A DNA stretch of 18,749 bases from an uncultured Verrucomicrobiales bacterium (GTDB lineage Bacteria > Verrucomicrobiota > Verrucomicrobiia > Verrucomicrobiales > DEV007), in assembly GCA_938091905.1 (NCBI GenBank), contig CALKOM010000086.1, positions 1-18,749 of the forward strand, read 5' to 3'. Numbering within the stretch: the first letter of the stretch is position 1; each line of letters starts with the position of its first letter. The position numbers and the translations under genes are program-made. Positions 7,716 through 18,351 of the stretch are shown here, one piece after another. The notes below the pieces were generated by a model. It worked only from the letters and a program-made list of their open reading frames with translations, made no database searches and was not told the DNA's origin.

Positions 7716-8546
7716 ATGAAGTTAACTAAGATTCACACACTTGCAGCTAGCCTACTGGCAATCCCAACCATTGCTTCGGCCGGAGAAATTGACGTACCTG
7801 CACTTACAGATCCTATCGTCCCCATGAGCGACGGCGGCAGCATCCTGGGTTCGGCAGTATCGGGTTCCCTCTCACTAGATTACAACTCACATTTCATCTC
7901 CTATGGAGCTGATGTTTGGGGGGCTGGAAACGACTTGGGTGACGCCATCTTCAATCCGTCTCTTGAACTTACCTTCCAGCTTACGGAGAACCTCTCATTC
8001 ATCTTGGGGACCTGGTGGGATGTGAATGATAATACCATTTCAGATATCGGCGGGAGCATCCAAGAAGTCGATGTCTGGGCTGGTGTTGGATTCGGTCTAG
8101 GACCGCTAGACGTCACCATTCTCTATCAAGAGTGGCTCTATGGTAAAGAGTCCGAGCGCATCATCGATGTGATCTTGGCGGTCGATCATTCATTGAGCCC
8201 AAGCCTTACACTACATAATCGGGTTGACGAAGGCGCTTCAGGCGGTGATACGGGGCTCGTTGCTGTATTGGGCATCGAACCGGGGTTCTCAGCAGGCCCG
8301 GTCGACTTAGCGTTGCCAATCAACGTCGCTGCCGCTACCGATGGCTTTCATGGCGGTGATGGTGGTTTCGCCTACGCATCTCTCGGTCTCAGTGCGACTC
8401 TGCCGCTTGATGTGATTGATGAAAAACTTGGTGCCTGGAACCTTCACGGGGGACTAACATATTACGTCACAGACGACGATGTGATCCCAAACAATCCGGA
8501 CGATAGCTTCCTCACCGCCAGTTTTGGTATAGGTATCGATTTCTAA
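7716..8546 (+). CDS. Outer-membrane beta-barrel protein, putative porin (possibly TorF/Gcw_chp-like)
   Basis: Sec signal peptide ([22 protein letters not shown]), alternating hydrophobic/polar beta-strand segments, terminal strand ASFGIGIDF ending in Phe, and a strongly acidic mature chain. The family assignment is tentative. Confidence 0.75.
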   Translation: MKLTKIHTLAASLLAIPTIASAGEIDVPALTDPIVPMSDGGSILGSAVSGSLSLDYNSHFISYGADVWGAGNDLGDAIFNPSLELTFQLTENLSFILGTWWDVNDNTISDIGGSIQEVDVWAGVGFGLGPLDVTILYQEWLYGKESERIIDVILAVDHSLSPSLTLHNRVDEGASGGDTGLVAVLGIEPGFSAGPVDLALPINVAAATDGFHGGDGGFAYASLGLSATLPLDVIDEKLGAWNLHGGLTYYVTDDDVIPNNPDDSFLTASFGIGIDF

Positions 8547-8587
8547 CACTTCATCAACACCAAGACTCAGAAATACTTTCATTTTAT

Positions 8588-9844
8588 ATGAAGAAATACT
8601 TTAAAACAGGCCTAGCAGCAATCGCTGTGGCGGCTGTGTTCGCCTCCACCGCCTTCTCTGCTGAGAAAGTGAAGGTAGGGGTCTTACACTCGCTGAGCGG
8701 CACCATGGCGATTAGTGAAACGTCGCTCCGCGACGTCTTGCTCTTCACTTTTGATGAGATCAATGCCGCCGGCGGCGTGATGGGGAAAATGATCGAGCCA
8801 GTGGTGGTCGATGGCGCCTCCGACTGGCCACTCTTCGCGGAGAAGGCTGAGCAGCTGCTGGTCAAAGATAAGGTCGCTGCAACCTTTGGATGCTGGACTT
8901 CAGTGTCCCGTAAGTCGGTCCTTCCAGTATACGAGAAACACAATGGATTGCTCTTCTACCCCGTGCAGTATGAGGGCGAGGAGATGTCCCCTAATATCTT
9001 CTATACAGCGGAAGCCGTCGGACAGCAGGCCATTCCAGCAGTGGATTTCTTGCTTAACGAAGGCATGAAGAAATTCTACCTCATCGGGACAGACTATGTT
9101 TACCCTCAAACGACGAACCTGGTGCTCTTTGAGTATCTTCTGTCAAAGGGTGTCTCTGTGGAGGATATCGGTGGCGGTCTTCGCAAGGATAATGCTGGCA
9201 AGGTAATCTCCGCAGGAAACTACACACCCTTTGGTCATAGTGATTTCCAGCAAATCGTTGCTGACATCAAGAAGTTCTCTGCTTCTGGAGATGCATGCGT
9301 GATTAACACGATCAATGGTGATGCCAATGTGCCCTTCTTCAAAGAGTTTGCAGCATCTGGGATCACGTCGGAAGATTGCCCAGTAGTGTCATTCTCCCTA
9401 TCCGAGGATGAGTTCCGCTCACTTCCCGCCAAAGACCTGGTCGGACACTTGGGCTGTTGGACCTATTTCATGTCAATTGATACGCTGGCCAATAAAAAGT
9501 TCATCACGAATTTTAATAGTTGGTTAGCCAAGACAAAAGTTCCAGGCATCATTAAAAAAGATCGAGTGACCTGTTCTCCTATGGTCCTTTCATATAATGG
9601 TGTTTACCTTTGGAAAGCTGCGGTGGAGAAGGCCAAAAGCTTTGAGCCTGAAAAGGTAATGAAGGCCTTGGAGTCTGGCATCTCTTTTGACGGGCCAGGC
9701 GGCAAAGTCACGACGCAAAAGAATCATCATCTGACAAAAACTGTCTACATCGGTGAAACACTTGAAACCGGCCAGTTTGCCATCGTTGAAACCATGAAAG
9801 ACGTTTTTGGCGAACCCTTCCTCAAGGGCACCTTCAAGAAGTAA
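8588..9844 (+). CDS. urtA: Urea ABC transporter substrate-binding protein
   Basis: Signal peptide; [78 protein letters not shown]. Confidence 0.93.
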   Translation: MKKYFKTGLAAIAVAAVFASTAFSAEKVKVGVLHSLSGTMAISETSLRDVLLFTFDEINAAGGVMGKMIEPVVVDGASDWPLFAEKAEQLLVKDKVAATFGCWTSVSRKSVLPVYEKHNGLLFYPVQYEGEEMSPNIFYTAEAVGQQAIPAVDFLLNEGMKKFYLIGTDYVYPQTTNLVLFEYLLSKGVSVEDIGGGLRKDNAGKVISAGNYTPFGHSDFQQIVADIKKFSASGDACVINTINGDANVPFFKEFAASGITSEDCPVVSFSLSEDEFRSLPAKDLVGHLGCWTYFMSIDTLANKKFITNFNSWLAKTKVPGIIKKDRVTCSPMVLSYNGVYLWKAAVEKAKSFEPEKVMKALESGISFDGPGGKVTTQKNHHLTKTVYIGETLETGQFAIVETMKDVFGEPFLKGTFKK

Positions 9845-9861
9845 TAACGATTCCTTGATTA

Positions 9862-9926
9862 CATTAGAGCAGTAGCTCTGATGCCCCTATCCATCTATCT
9901 CAAGGTGGGTAGGGGGCTTCTTCTTT
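9862..9926 (+). terminator. Tandem stem-loops after urtA; the second resembles an intrinsic terminator/attenuator
   Basis: Hairpin 1: CATTAGAGC-AGTA-GCTCTGATG (9862-9883, one G-U). Hairpin 2: CCCCTATCCATCT-ATCTCA-AGGTGGGTAGGGG (9884-9915, two G-U), followed by GCTTCTTCTTT. Confidence 0.65.
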
Positions 9927-9962
9927 GTAAGCTTTGGCAATTCGATATTTCGATGCGCAATT

Positions 9963-11594
9963 ATGTTATCTAAAACCCTAGGCGCCTATATTCTCCGAAT
10001 ACTTCTCTCCTCATTGCTAACCCTCGGAACTTCGCTTGGCGATGAAAAAGAAGCCCGGCGTCTACTTGTTGAGATCGTACTTCGAGAAGGGGCCGAGCGG
10101 GCCGCGGCCCTTGAGGCTCTAGGTGACGAGGGGGATCCTGTGATTGCCAGTATGGTTGAAGCTTGGAGAGGCGGTCAAATTCTTCGCTATAGGACTGATA
10201 ATGCTACTATCATTCTCTTTAAAGATGGGGAAGCCTTCTCCAATCTACTAACGGGCGAGGCAGTTGTGCCAGCCACCGAACCAAAAATCGATCGGCCTTC
10301 TCGTAAGCTTCGCAAAACCCTCAAGCGGATCGTAGACCTCATCGATTTGAGCTCCCCTGACTTCGATAAACGAATCGAAGCCGCTCTTAAACTGGGGCTC
10401 AGCCAGAACCCCCAGTATCTTCCGGACCTCAAAGCGCGAGCGAAACGCCAGGAGGACTCCAACACTCAGCGCGCTTTCGACGAAGCTGTCGCCATTTCTG
10501 AACTCGCTAATGGATCGATAGAAAATCGTCTAGCAGCTATCAGAACATTAGGTAGCATGAAATCCTTCCGAGCTAGGGATTACATAGAACGCTGTATCTC
10601 TACCGATGGTGATACCAAGCCAACCGATGAAATGGTTACTGCAGCGAAGCGTGCTTTTGCAGAGATCGATAGTCATCAAAAGATGGTAGATTTTATTGGC
10701 ACACTTTTCCGAGGTTTAAGCCTAGGCTCAGTGCTCTTGCTAGTTTCTTATGGATTGGCCATCACCTTCGGTCAGATGGGTGTGATCAACATGGCGCATG
10801 GGGAGTTCATTGCCATCGGTGGCTACACAACTTATATTGTGCAGAACAAATTCGCATCGGCTTTCGGAGAGGGATCCTCCGTCTACGGCTATTACTTCAT
10901 CACGGCAATCCCTCTGGCCTTCATGGTGTCAGCAATTGTGGGCGCTATCATGGAGAAAGGACTCATTCAGTTTCTTTACAAGCGTCCTCTCGAGTCATTG
11001 CTAGCGACCTGGGGGATCTCCATGGTGCTTCAACAAGTCTTCCGACTCTACTTTGGAGCCGCCAATGTGTCTGTATCCTCACCCCAGTGGCTGGCGGGCA
11101 GTCTGCAGGTTGGAGACGTATCCATGTCTTACAGCCGAGTCGCGCTGATTGTTTGTGTGGCCTTTGTCGTCATCGGAACTTATCTGCTCCTATCAAAGAC
11201 AAGCTGGGGATTGCATGTCCGAGCAACCATGCAGAACCGGCAAATGGCTTCTAGTTTGGGCGTACCTTCAGGTCGCGTAAACATGATCACCTTTGCGTTC
11301 GGCTCAGGGCTGGCCGGGCTGGCTGGCGCGTTTCTATCTCAAATCGGGAACGTGGGCCCTTCCATGGGCCAAACTTACATCGTCGATAGTTTTATGGTTG
11401 TCGTGGTCGGCGGCGTAGGCAATCTGTTAGGAGCCACACTTTCTTCACTTGGTATTGGGATGGTTGACCAAGGGCTGCAACCCATCCTCGGACCGGTCAT
11501 GGGAAAAATCTCTGTGTTGTTCATGATCATCCTCTTTCTACAAATCAAACCCGGAGGTCTCTTTCCTGCGCGCTCGCGTAGTCTCGACGACTAA
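9963..11594 (+). CDS. urtB: Urea ABC transporter permease UrtB with N-terminal periplasmic helical (HEAT-like) domain
   Basis: [72 protein letters not shown]. Confidence 0.94.
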   Translation: MLSKTLGAYILRILLSSLLTLGTSLGDEKEARRLLVEIVLREGAERAAALEALGDEGDPVIASMVEAWRGGQILRYRTDNATIILFKDGEAFSNLLTGEAVVPATEPKIDRPSRKLRKTLKRIVDLIDLSSPDFDKRIEAALKLGLSQNPQYLPDLKARAKRQEDSNTQRAFDEAVAISELANGSIENRLAAIRTLGSMKSFRARDYIERCISTDGDTKPTDEMVTAAKRAFAEIDSHQKMVDFIGTLFRGLSLGSVLLLVSYGLAITFGQMGVINMAHGEFIAIGGYTTYIVQNKFASAFGEGSSVYGYYFITAIPLAFMVSAIVGAIMEKGLIQFLYKRPLESLLATWGISMVLQQVFRLYFGAANVSVSSPQWLAGSLQVGDVSMSYSRVALIVCVAFVVIGTYLLLSKTSWGLHVRATMQNRQMASSLGVPSGRVNMITFAFGSGLAGLAGAFLSQIGNVGPSMGQTYIVDSFMVVVVGGVGNLLGATLSSLGIGMVDQGLQPILGPVMGKISVLFMIILFLQIKPGGLFPARSRSLDD

Positions 11595-12742
11595 TGGAAT
11601 CCGTGCTCTCACGTATTCGGGGATGGTTGCTGTTGAAAGATAACAGTGATCTTGGATTTCTCGCGCTCCTATTCGGCGTCATGATTGCACTACCTTTGGG
11701 CAACGCACTTTTTCCTGACGGTTCTGCGCTTCATGTGTCGAGCTTCGCGCTGGGTGTCTGGGGAAAGTATCTCTGCTATGCCATTCTAGCCATTAGCCTC
11801 AACATGCTCTGGGGCTACACAGGCCTTTTGTGCTTGGGGCAATGTCTCTTCTTTGCGCTCGGTGGCTATGCATTCGGTATGTATCTAATGCTCATGATCG
11901 GAGAGCTGGGATCATACGGCAGCAAACTCCCCGATTTCATGGTCTTCCTTGGCTATGAAAAACTGCCAGCGCACTGGAAACCTTTCTATAGTCCGACATT
12001 CGCCATCCTCGCAGCTGCTTGGGTGCCAGGCCTTGTTGCGCTGATCTTCGGCATTCTTGCTTTCCGTTCGCGGATCAAAGGGGTCTACTTTGCCATACTA
12101 ACACAGGCACTCACTTATGCGGCGGCCCTGCTATTCTTCCGTAACGATTTCACTTTCGGAGGAAATAATGGATTCACCGATTTCCGATTCATTCTAGGAG
12201 CGGATATCCGTATAGACTCGACATCGAGATGGCTTTTCATCGCTTCGTGTCTCCTGCTGTTTGCCGTTTATTGGCTCGTCGCCCGGATACTGGAAACGAA
12301 GTTCGGCAAGATTCAGCAAGCGATCCGTGACTCAGAGAATAGAGTCCGTTTCTCCGGCTACTCCACGACCCATTTTAAGGTCTTTATCTTTGTTGTCAGT
12401 GCCATGATCGCTGGTCTAGCGGGCGCACTCTACGTGCCTCAGGCAGGCATCATCAATCCTAGCGAAATGTGGCCTGCCAAGGGCCTCGATATTGTCGTAT
12501 GGGTTGCCGTCGGAGGGCGCGGCACCAAGCTTGGCCCTGTCATTGGCGCCATTCTAGTGAACTTATTGAAGAGTTGGGCGACGAGGGCCTATCCAGAGAG
12601 TTGGCTCATCATCTTGGGTATGGTCTTCGTTCTCGTCGTGCTGTTTATGCCAAACGGCATCGTTGGGCTCTGGGCTCAGATCAAGGCACGATGGTCCAAG
12701 GGACGCCTATCGAAACCCGAAACAACAGTTGCCAGCACCTGA
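11594..12742 (+). CDS. urtC: Urea ABC transporter permease UrtC
   Basis: [10 protein letters not shown]...[71 protein letters not shown] overlap with urtB. Confidence 0.94.
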   Translation: MESVLSRIRGWLLLKDNSDLGFLALLFGVMIALPLGNALFPDGSALHVSSFALGVWGKYLCYAILAISLNMLWGYTGLLCLGQCLFFALGGYAFGMYLMLMIGELGSYGSKLPDFMVFLGYEKLPAHWKPFYSPTFAILAAAWVPGLVALIFGILAFRSRIKGVYFAILTQALTYAAALLFFRNDFTFGGNNGFTDFRFILGADIRIDSTSRWLFIASCLLLFAVYWLVARILETKFGKIQQAIRDSENRVRFSGYSTTHFKVFIFVVSAMIAGLAGALYVPQAGIINPSEMWPAKGLDIVVWVAVGGRGTKLGPVIGAILVNLLKSWATRAYPESWLIILGMVFVLVVLFMPNGIVGLWAQIKARWSKGRLSKPETTVAST

Positions 12743-12746
12743 TGTC

Positions 12747-13535
12747 ATGACGCATTCGCTGATTTATCGTGATACCGACCTCACGCTCTCTGTCGAGGAC
12801 GTGACGAAGTCTTTTGACGGCTTCAGGGCGATCAATAATCTGACGTTTTATCTTTGCGATGGTGAATTACGTACGGTGATTGGCCCTAACGGAGCTGGCA
12901 AGAGTACCTTTATGGATCTTATCACAGGCCGGACACGTCCTGATGTGGGAGCGTTAACTTACCATCGGGAGGATGGCAGGGACTTTGACCTTACTAAGTT
13001 ACGGGAATACGAGACTAATCGACTTGGAATTGCCCGGAAGTTTCAGACGCCGAGCATCTATTCCAAGCACACCGTCTATGAAAATCTTATGCTTTCGCTC
13101 AACCGTAACCGCAGCGTTCGGAAGGCTTTGGTTTACAAGGAATCGACCGAAGATCGCGAGGAGATCGAATCAGTGCTTGAATTGATCCGATTGCAGGAAC
13201 GCCGCCATGAACACGCTGGCAGTCTATCGCATGGACAGAAACAGTGGCTCGAAATAGGCATGTTGTTAGCTCAAAAACCACGTATTCTCCTCGTCGATGA
13301 GCCTGCAGCGGGCATGAGCGACGAGGAAACCGAGCGCACTGGCGAGTTGCTCATTAGCCTTGAGGGAAAGCATAGTGTGATCGTTGTCGAACATGACATG
13401 GTCTTCGTCCGGCAGATCGCGCGTAAAGTTACGGTTCTCCATCAAGGCCGCGTGCTTAAGGAAGGTACCTTCTCAGAAGTTGCTGAGGATCCTACCGTCA
13501 AAGAAGTTTATCTGGGACGTAGCAAGCATGACTGA
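12747..13535 (+). CDS. urtD: Urea ABC transporter ATP-binding protein UrtD
   Basis: SFDGFRA, Walker A GPNGAGKS, RKFQTP, LSHGQKQWLEIGMLL, LLVDEP, VEHDM. ATG 12747 just after the urtC stop was chosen as the start. Confidence 0.93.
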   Translation: MTHSLIYRDTDLTLSVEDVTKSFDGFRAINNLTFYLCDGELRTVIGPNGAGKSTFMDLITGRTRPDVGALTYHREDGRDFDLTKLREYETNRLGIARKFQTPSIYSKHTVYENLMLSLNRNRSVRKALVYKESTEDREEIESVLELIRLQERRHEHAGSLSHGQKQWLEIGMLLAQKPRILLVDEPAAGMSDEETERTGELLISLEGKHSVIVVEHDMVFVRQIARKVTVLHQGRVLKEGTFSEVAEDPTVKEVYLGRSKHD

Positions 13536-14241
13536 AAAGCCGAAACTGTCGATGAACGGCGTCCACGTCTCCTACGATGAGTCGCTCATTCTCCGTGATC
13601 TTGAACTGAGCGTGCCTTCAAACAGCGTGGTCGCCTTGTTAGGAAGGAATGGCGTTGGCAAGACTACTGTTCTCAAGACGATCATGGGAATCAAGGATAT
13701 CGTCGGAGGCGAAGTTTCGCTGGATGCGCAGTCTCTCAATGGTGTAAACGCCGAAAATCGATCACGATCAGGAATCGGCTACGTCCCTCAAGGTCGCGAG
13801 ATCTTTCCTAGCCTCACCGTGTGGGAGAATCTCAAAGTGAGCCTCAGCGTTCACGGCAAGAAGGGTGGTAAAGAGCGGCTTGAAGAAGTCTACGAGCTCT
13901 TCCCCGTCCTTAGCGAGATGAAGCATCGCAAAGGAGGCGTCTTGTCGGGTGGTCAGCAACAGCAACTCGCCATCGGTAGGGCTTTGCTCACAAATCCAAG
14001 CTTGCTTCTGTTGGATGAACCGACGGAGGGCATCCAACCCTCCATCATCGATCAGATCGAGGACGCGATCAAGTACCTTAAGAAGACCTATGATATTAGC
14101 ATCTTGCTAGTAGAACAATACTTGGATTTCGCCAAGGCCTGCGCCGATTCATTCTACATCATGGAGCGCGGTAGTATCGTTGAGCAGGGAACCATTGCTT
14201 CCCTTACCGATGAAGTCACCGCACAGTACCTATCCGTCTAA
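13528..14241 (+). CDS. urtE: Urea ABC transporter ATP-binding protein UrtE
   Basis: GRNGVGKT, YVPQGREIFP, LSGGQQQQLAIGRAL, LLDEPTEGIQPSII, LVEQYLDF. ATG 13528 overlaps the urtD end. Confidence 0.94.
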   Translation: MTEKPKLSMNGVHVSYDESLILRDLELSVPSNSVVALLGRNGVGKTTVLKTIMGIKDIVGGEVSLDAQSLNGVNAENRSRSGIGYVPQGREIFPSLTVWENLKVSLSVHGKKGGKERLEEVYELFPVLSEMKHRKGGVLSGGQQQQLAIGRALLTNPSLLLLDEPTEGIQPSIIDQIEDAIKYLKKTYDISILLVEQYLDFAKACADSFYIMERGSIVEQGTIASLTDEVTAQYLSV

Positions 14242-14247
14242 TCACGT

Positions 14248-14550
14248 ATGCACCTAACACCTCGAGAAAGAGAGAAGCTGATGGTCGTCGTGGCCGCAGA
14301 TCTCGCCCGGCGTCGCCAAGCACGGGGACTAAAGCTGAACTATCCCGAAAGCGTGGCCATCATCACTTACGAGATCTTCGAGGGGGCACGCGATGGCAAG
14401 TCTGTGGCCACGCTCATGGACGAAGGAACGCGCATCCTTACGCGCGACGATGTCATGGAAGGCGTACCCGAGATGATTCACGAAGTGCAAGCCGAAGCCA
14501 CGTTTCCCGATGGCACTAAACTCGTTACCGTTCACCATCCTATTCAATGA
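14248..14550 (+). CDS. ureA: Urease subunit gamma
   Basis: [33 protein letters not shown]; 100 aa. Confidence 0.98.
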   Translation: MHLTPREREKLMVVVAADLARRRQARGLKLNYPESVAIITYEIFEGARDGKSVATLMDEGTRILTRDDVMEGVPEMIHEVQAEATFPDGTKLVTVHHPIQ

Positions 14551-14858
14551 TCCCAGGAGAAATCATTCCCAGAACCGGCGCCGGGCCACTCACCGCGAAC
14601 AAGGATCTTGCTACCCTGACATTGAACGTCGCAAATACAGGAGATCGTCCAATTCAAGTGGGAAGCCATTTCCACTTCTACGAGGTGAATTCAGCGCTCA
14701 ACTTTAATCGCGAGGCGACCCGCGGCTTTCGGTTGAATATCCCGGCAGGTACGGCTGTCCGCTTTGAGCCCGGAGACGAACGCGAGGTGAATCTTGTGGC
14801 TCTGGCAGGGTCACGCGAAGTCTGGGGACTGAACGGAAAGATCAACGGAGCACTATGA
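14547..14858 (+). CDS. ureB: Urease subunit beta
   Basis: [39 protein letters not shown]. Confidence 0.98.
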   Translation: MIPGEIIPRTGAGPLTANKDLATLTLNVANTGDRPIQVGSHFHFYEVNSALNFNREATRGFRLNIPAGTAVRFEPGDEREVNLVALAGSREVWGLNGKINGAL

Positions 14859-16621
14859 GTCTAGATCTGACACGACAACAATATGCCGAACACTATGGCC
14901 CAACCGTAGGGGACCAAGTCCGCTTGGGCGATATGGAACTCATCGTCGAAGTGGAACGCGACTACATCGCCGAAGCCGGTGGCTACGGAAACGAAGTGAA
15001 GTTCGGCGGGGGCAAGGTCATCCGCGATGGCATGGGCCAATCCTCTACTGCGAGTGATGCCGACTGCCTTGATCTGGTCATTACGAATGCCTTCATCATG
15101 GATGCCGAGCTTGGGCTTATTCGCGCAGACATCGGCGTGAAAGACGGTCGCATTGTCGGCATCGGTCACGCGGGAAATCCGGGCATTCAAGATGGCATCG
15201 GATCGATGATCGCAGATCCTGAGACTGGTGAATGCGATCCTTTGATCATTGGTGCTGGTACTGAAGCGCTCGCTGGGGAAGGCATGATCGTGACCGCAGG
15301 TGGTGTCGACTCACATATTCACTTCATTTGCCCGCAACAGATTGACGAAGCTCTCGCCAGCGGTGTCACAACGATGTTAGGAGGAGGTACAGGCCCCGCT
15401 ACAGGAACAAACGCAACGACCTGTACGCCAGGGAAATGGAACATCCATCGCATGCTAGAAGCTGCTGATGAGTATCCAATGAACCTTGGTTTTCTCGGAA
15501 AGGGCAATTGCGCGACCGAACCACCATTGCGCGAACAAGTCCTCGCGGGAGCGATCGGCCTCAAGTTGCACGAAGACTGGGGAACGACTCCGGCAGCCAT
15601 TGATGCCTGTCTCAACGTGGCAGACGAGCTGGATGTTCAGGTAGCGATCCACACTGACACGCTCAACGAATCTGGCTTCGTCGAGGATACCCTTGCCGCA
15701 ATCAATGGGCGCACCATTCACACCTACCACTCAGAAGGCGCGGGTGGTGGCCATGCTCCTGACATTCTTAAGGTGTGTTCGCACAAGAATGTGTTGCCCT
15801 CCTCAACCAACCCGACGCGGCCGTTTACCGTCAATACAATCGATGAGCATCTCGACATGCTCATGGTTTGCCATCATCTGGATTCCAAGATCCCAGAAGA
15901 TGTCGCCTTTGCTGAATCTCGCATCCGGCCACAGACCATCGCGGCAGAAGACCGTCTTCATGATAGCGGGGCCATCGCCATGATCGCCTCGGACAGCCAA
16001 GCCATGGGACGAGTAGGGGAAGTTATTTCCCGGACCTGGCAAACCGCCCACAAGATGAAAGTGCAGTTCGGTCCGCTAACCAACAAAGAGCATGCTGCAG
16101 CCGACAACTTCCGTGCGCTGCGTTACCTCGCGAAGTACACGATCAACCCTGCCATTGCCCACGGCATGGCCACTGAGGTTGGATCGCTCATGGTCGGTAA
16201 GTTGGCTGACATTGTCCTTTGGAAACCTGCTTTCTTCGGCGTGAAACCCGAACTCGTCCTCAAAGGCGGCATGATTGCCTTGGCCAACATGGGCGATCCC
16301 AATGCCTCCATCCCCACTCCCCAGCCCACGTTCTACCGTCCCCAATTCGCTGCCCACGGCAAAGCACGTGCCAGAACCTGTGTGACTTTTGTCAGCAAAG
16401 CCAGTTTGAACGACGGCATCGCCGACGAGTTAAAGGTCGACAAACGCCTGGTCCCAATTGCCAAGACGCGAGAGATAGGCAAGGCCGATCTCCTCTTCAA
16501 TGACAGCTGTCCTTACATTGAAGTCGATCCGGAAACCTACACAGTCAAAGCCAATGGTGAGGTACTGGCCTGCGAACCCCTGACCGAGGTTCCCTTGGCT
16601 CAACGCTACTTTCTCTTCTAA
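14855..16621 (+). CDS. ureC: Urease subunit alpha (catalytic, dinickel)
   Basis: [67 protein letters not shown], terminal LAQRYFLF. All Ni ligands are present. Confidence 0.99.
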   Translation: MSLDLTRQQYAEHYGPTVGDQVRLGDMELIVEVERDYIAEAGGYGNEVKFGGGKVIRDGMGQSSTASDADCLDLVITNAFIMDAELGLIRADIGVKDGRIVGIGHAGNPGIQDGIGSMIADPETGECDPLIIGAGTEALAGEGMIVTAGGVDSHIHFICPQQIDEALASGVTTMLGGGTGPATGTNATTCTPGKWNIHRMLEAADEYPMNLGFLGKGNCATEPPLREQVLAGAIGLKLHEDWGTTPAAIDACLNVADELDVQVAIHTDTLNESGFVEDTLAAINGRTIHTYHSEGAGGGHAPDILKVCSHKNVLPSSTNPTRPFTVNTIDEHLDMLMVCHHLDSKIPEDVAFAESRIRPQTIAAEDRLHDSGAIAMIASDSQAMGRVGEVISRTWQTAHKMKVQFGPLTNKEHAAADNFRALRYLAKYTINPAIAHGMATEVGSLMVGKLADIVLWKPAFFGVKPELVLKGGMIALANMGDPNASIPTPQPTFYRPQFAAHGKARARTCVTFVSKASLNDGIADELKVDKRLVPIAKTREIGKADLLFNDSCPYIEVDPETYTVKANGEVLACEPLTEVPLAQRYFLF

Positions 16622-16623
16622 AT

Positions 16624-17043
16624 ATGGCGCTATTAGTAGAGCAAACGAGCCCTGAAGCTCCCACCTCCACCTGGGTGCGAGTGGATCGCCACACTCTCTA
16701 CAAACGGCGTTGGCGTGCCACCGCCGAGGACGGTACCGAGCTCGCCGTGAATCTGGAAGGCCCAGTTACCCACGGCACCTATCTCGATGCGGGCCAAGGC
16801 CGCATCTTTCTGATCGCGCAGGAACCCGAAGACGTGCTCGTCATTCCTCTCCCAAACAAAACCGAGATGGCCGCCAAGATCGGTTGGTATTTTGGAAACC
16901 AGCACTTGCCCGTCGAGATCCGAGAAACCGAGATCATTCTAGAACACCTCGCCACGCTCGCCGCTTCGCTAGATCGTATTGGCATTCCGTATATCCTTCG
17001 GACGGACGTCTTCCGATGCAAGATGCACTCTCACCAACATTAA
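16624..17043 (+). CDS. ureE: Urease accessory nickel chaperone UreE
   Basis: KRRWRATAEDG, A.IGW..GNQHLP (conserved GNxH), short C-terminal HSHQH, and position between ureC and ureF. Confidence 0.88.
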   Translation: MALLVEQTSPEAPTSTWVRVDRHTLYKRRWRATAEDGTELAVNLEGPVTHGTYLDAGQGRIFLIAQEPEDVLVIPLPNKTEMAAKIGWYFGNQHLPVEIRETEIILEHLATLAASLDRIGIPYILRTDVFRCKMHSHQH

Positions 17044-17047
17044 CCAA

Positions 17048-17716
17048 ATGGACGACTGGAACTGGATTGCCCGCCTCTTACACTTCTCTGACAGCGCCCT
17101 GCCAGTGGGCTCTTACGCGCATTCCTTTGGATTGGAAGGCGTCTGCCAAATGGGCATCGTCGACGATGCGAAAAGTCTATCATTATTTCTCAGACGAGAC
17201 GTCGCCCACGCCTTGCGAACCATTGATCTCCCTTTACTCGCACTCGCCCACACAGCGGCCATGGATGGCGCTGCTGAGAAACTCGCGCTCCTCGATCAAC
17301 TTTCCTGGGCCTTGCGCCCTACTCGCCAGCTCCGCGAGGCGGCCTCAAAGATCGGACGGCAGCAGTGGAAGCTCTATCAACGCACGTGGAATGACAGCTT
17401 TGAAATTGAGCTGCCTCACTACCAAAGCCCGATCGTTCTCGCCATGATCAGCGCCAATGAAAGCATCCCTGTCAACGCCGCACTCTCATCGCTTGCCTAC
17501 CAAACTTATTCCGCCCTGCTGCAAGCCGCCCTTAAGCTCTTGCCAATTGGTCCCACCACGACGCAGCAGCTTCTTCATGAAGCGTTGTTAGAAATCACAC
17601 CTCATCTAGAAACAGCGGCTCACGTGCCTGAAAAGGAGATCGGGAGTTTCAACCCCGTCTGGGACATCAGCGCATCTCAACACGAAACGGCGAACGCCAG
17701 AATGTTTATCTCATGA
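17048..17716 (+). CDS. ureF: Urease accessory protein UreF
   Basis: [32 protein letters not shown], terminal [11 protein letters not shown]. Start ATG 17048. Confidence 0.94.
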   Translation: MDDWNWIARLLHFSDSALPVGSYAHSFGLEGVCQMGIVDDAKSLSLFLRRDVAHALRTIDLPLLALAHTAAMDGAAEKLALLDQLSWALRPTRQLREAASKIGRQQWKLYQRTWNDSFEIELPHYQSPIVLAMISANESIPVNAALSSLAYQTYSALLQAALKLLPIGPTTTQQLLHEALLEITPHLETAAHVPEKEIGSFNPVWDISASQHETANARMFIS

Positions 17717-18351
17717 TCATGGAGAAGAAAACTAACCAAGCTATTCGAGTTGGCATCGGCGGCCCCGTCGGTTCCGGGAAATCCACCCTGTGCCTCAAAC
17801 TCTGTGAGCACTATGGTAAGACACGCAACATGGCCGTCATCACGAATGACATTTACACCAAAGAAGACGCCAAAATGCTCATCCGTCACGACGCCTTGCC
17901 GGAAGAACGCATTCTCGGCGTCGAGACGGGGGGCTGCCCGCACACCGCCATTCGCGACGACATCTCCATGAATTTGGACGCCGTCGATGTGATGAATGAG
18001 CGCTTCGACGGCCTCGAACTCATCCTCATCGAAAGCGGTGGCGACAATCTTACCGCCACCTTCTCACCTGAACTCGTCGACATCTTCATTTACGTCATCG
18101 ACGTGACCGAGGGCGATGACATCCCTCGAAAAGGAGGCCCGGCCATCGCCAATTCGGATCTTCTAGTCGTCAACAAAGTCGAACTCGCTCCCTATGTTGG
18201 CGCGGACGTCGACCAAATGAAGCTCGATTGCGCTGGCAAACGCGGCACGCGTCCCTTCCTCATGACCGACCTCCGCACAGGCGTGATGCTAGACGAGCTT
18301 TATGCCTGGTTTGATCGAGATGTCCTCTTCGCCGATATCGTTCCTGCATGA
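17713..18351 (+). CDS. ureG: Urease accessory GTPase UreG
   Basis: [48 protein letters not shown]. The start could alternatively be ATG 17719. Confidence 0.97.
   Translation: MIMEKKTNQAIRVGIGGPVGSGKSTLCLKLCEHYGKTRNMAVITNDIYTKEDAKMLIRHDALPEERILGVETGGCPHTAIRDDISMNLDAVDVMNERFDGLELILIESGGDNLTATFSPELVDIFIYVIDVTEGDDIPRKGGPAIANSDLLVVNKVELAPYVGADVDQMKLDCAGKRGTRPFLMTDLRTGVMLDELYAWFDRDVLFADIVPA

Noticed and set aside
9963..10680. N-terminal helical extension of UrtB as a novel fusion
   Set aside because: Long UrtB proteins of about 540 aa with a periplasmic HEAT-like domain are already common in Gram-negative urt operons.
787..17047. Longer ORF-track starts (787, 1521, 2111, 12663, 13384, 16979)
   Set aside because: These are non-ATG extensions overlapping upstream genes. 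Family homology begins at ATGs 814, 1527, 2165, 12747, 13528 and 17048.
324..18089. Numerous antisense and alternate-frame ORFs (e.g. 1213-1767 -, 2156-2596 -, 16710-17447 +)
   Set aside because: They overlap well-supported genes almost entirely and show no recognisable motifs, so they are treated as shadow ORFs.
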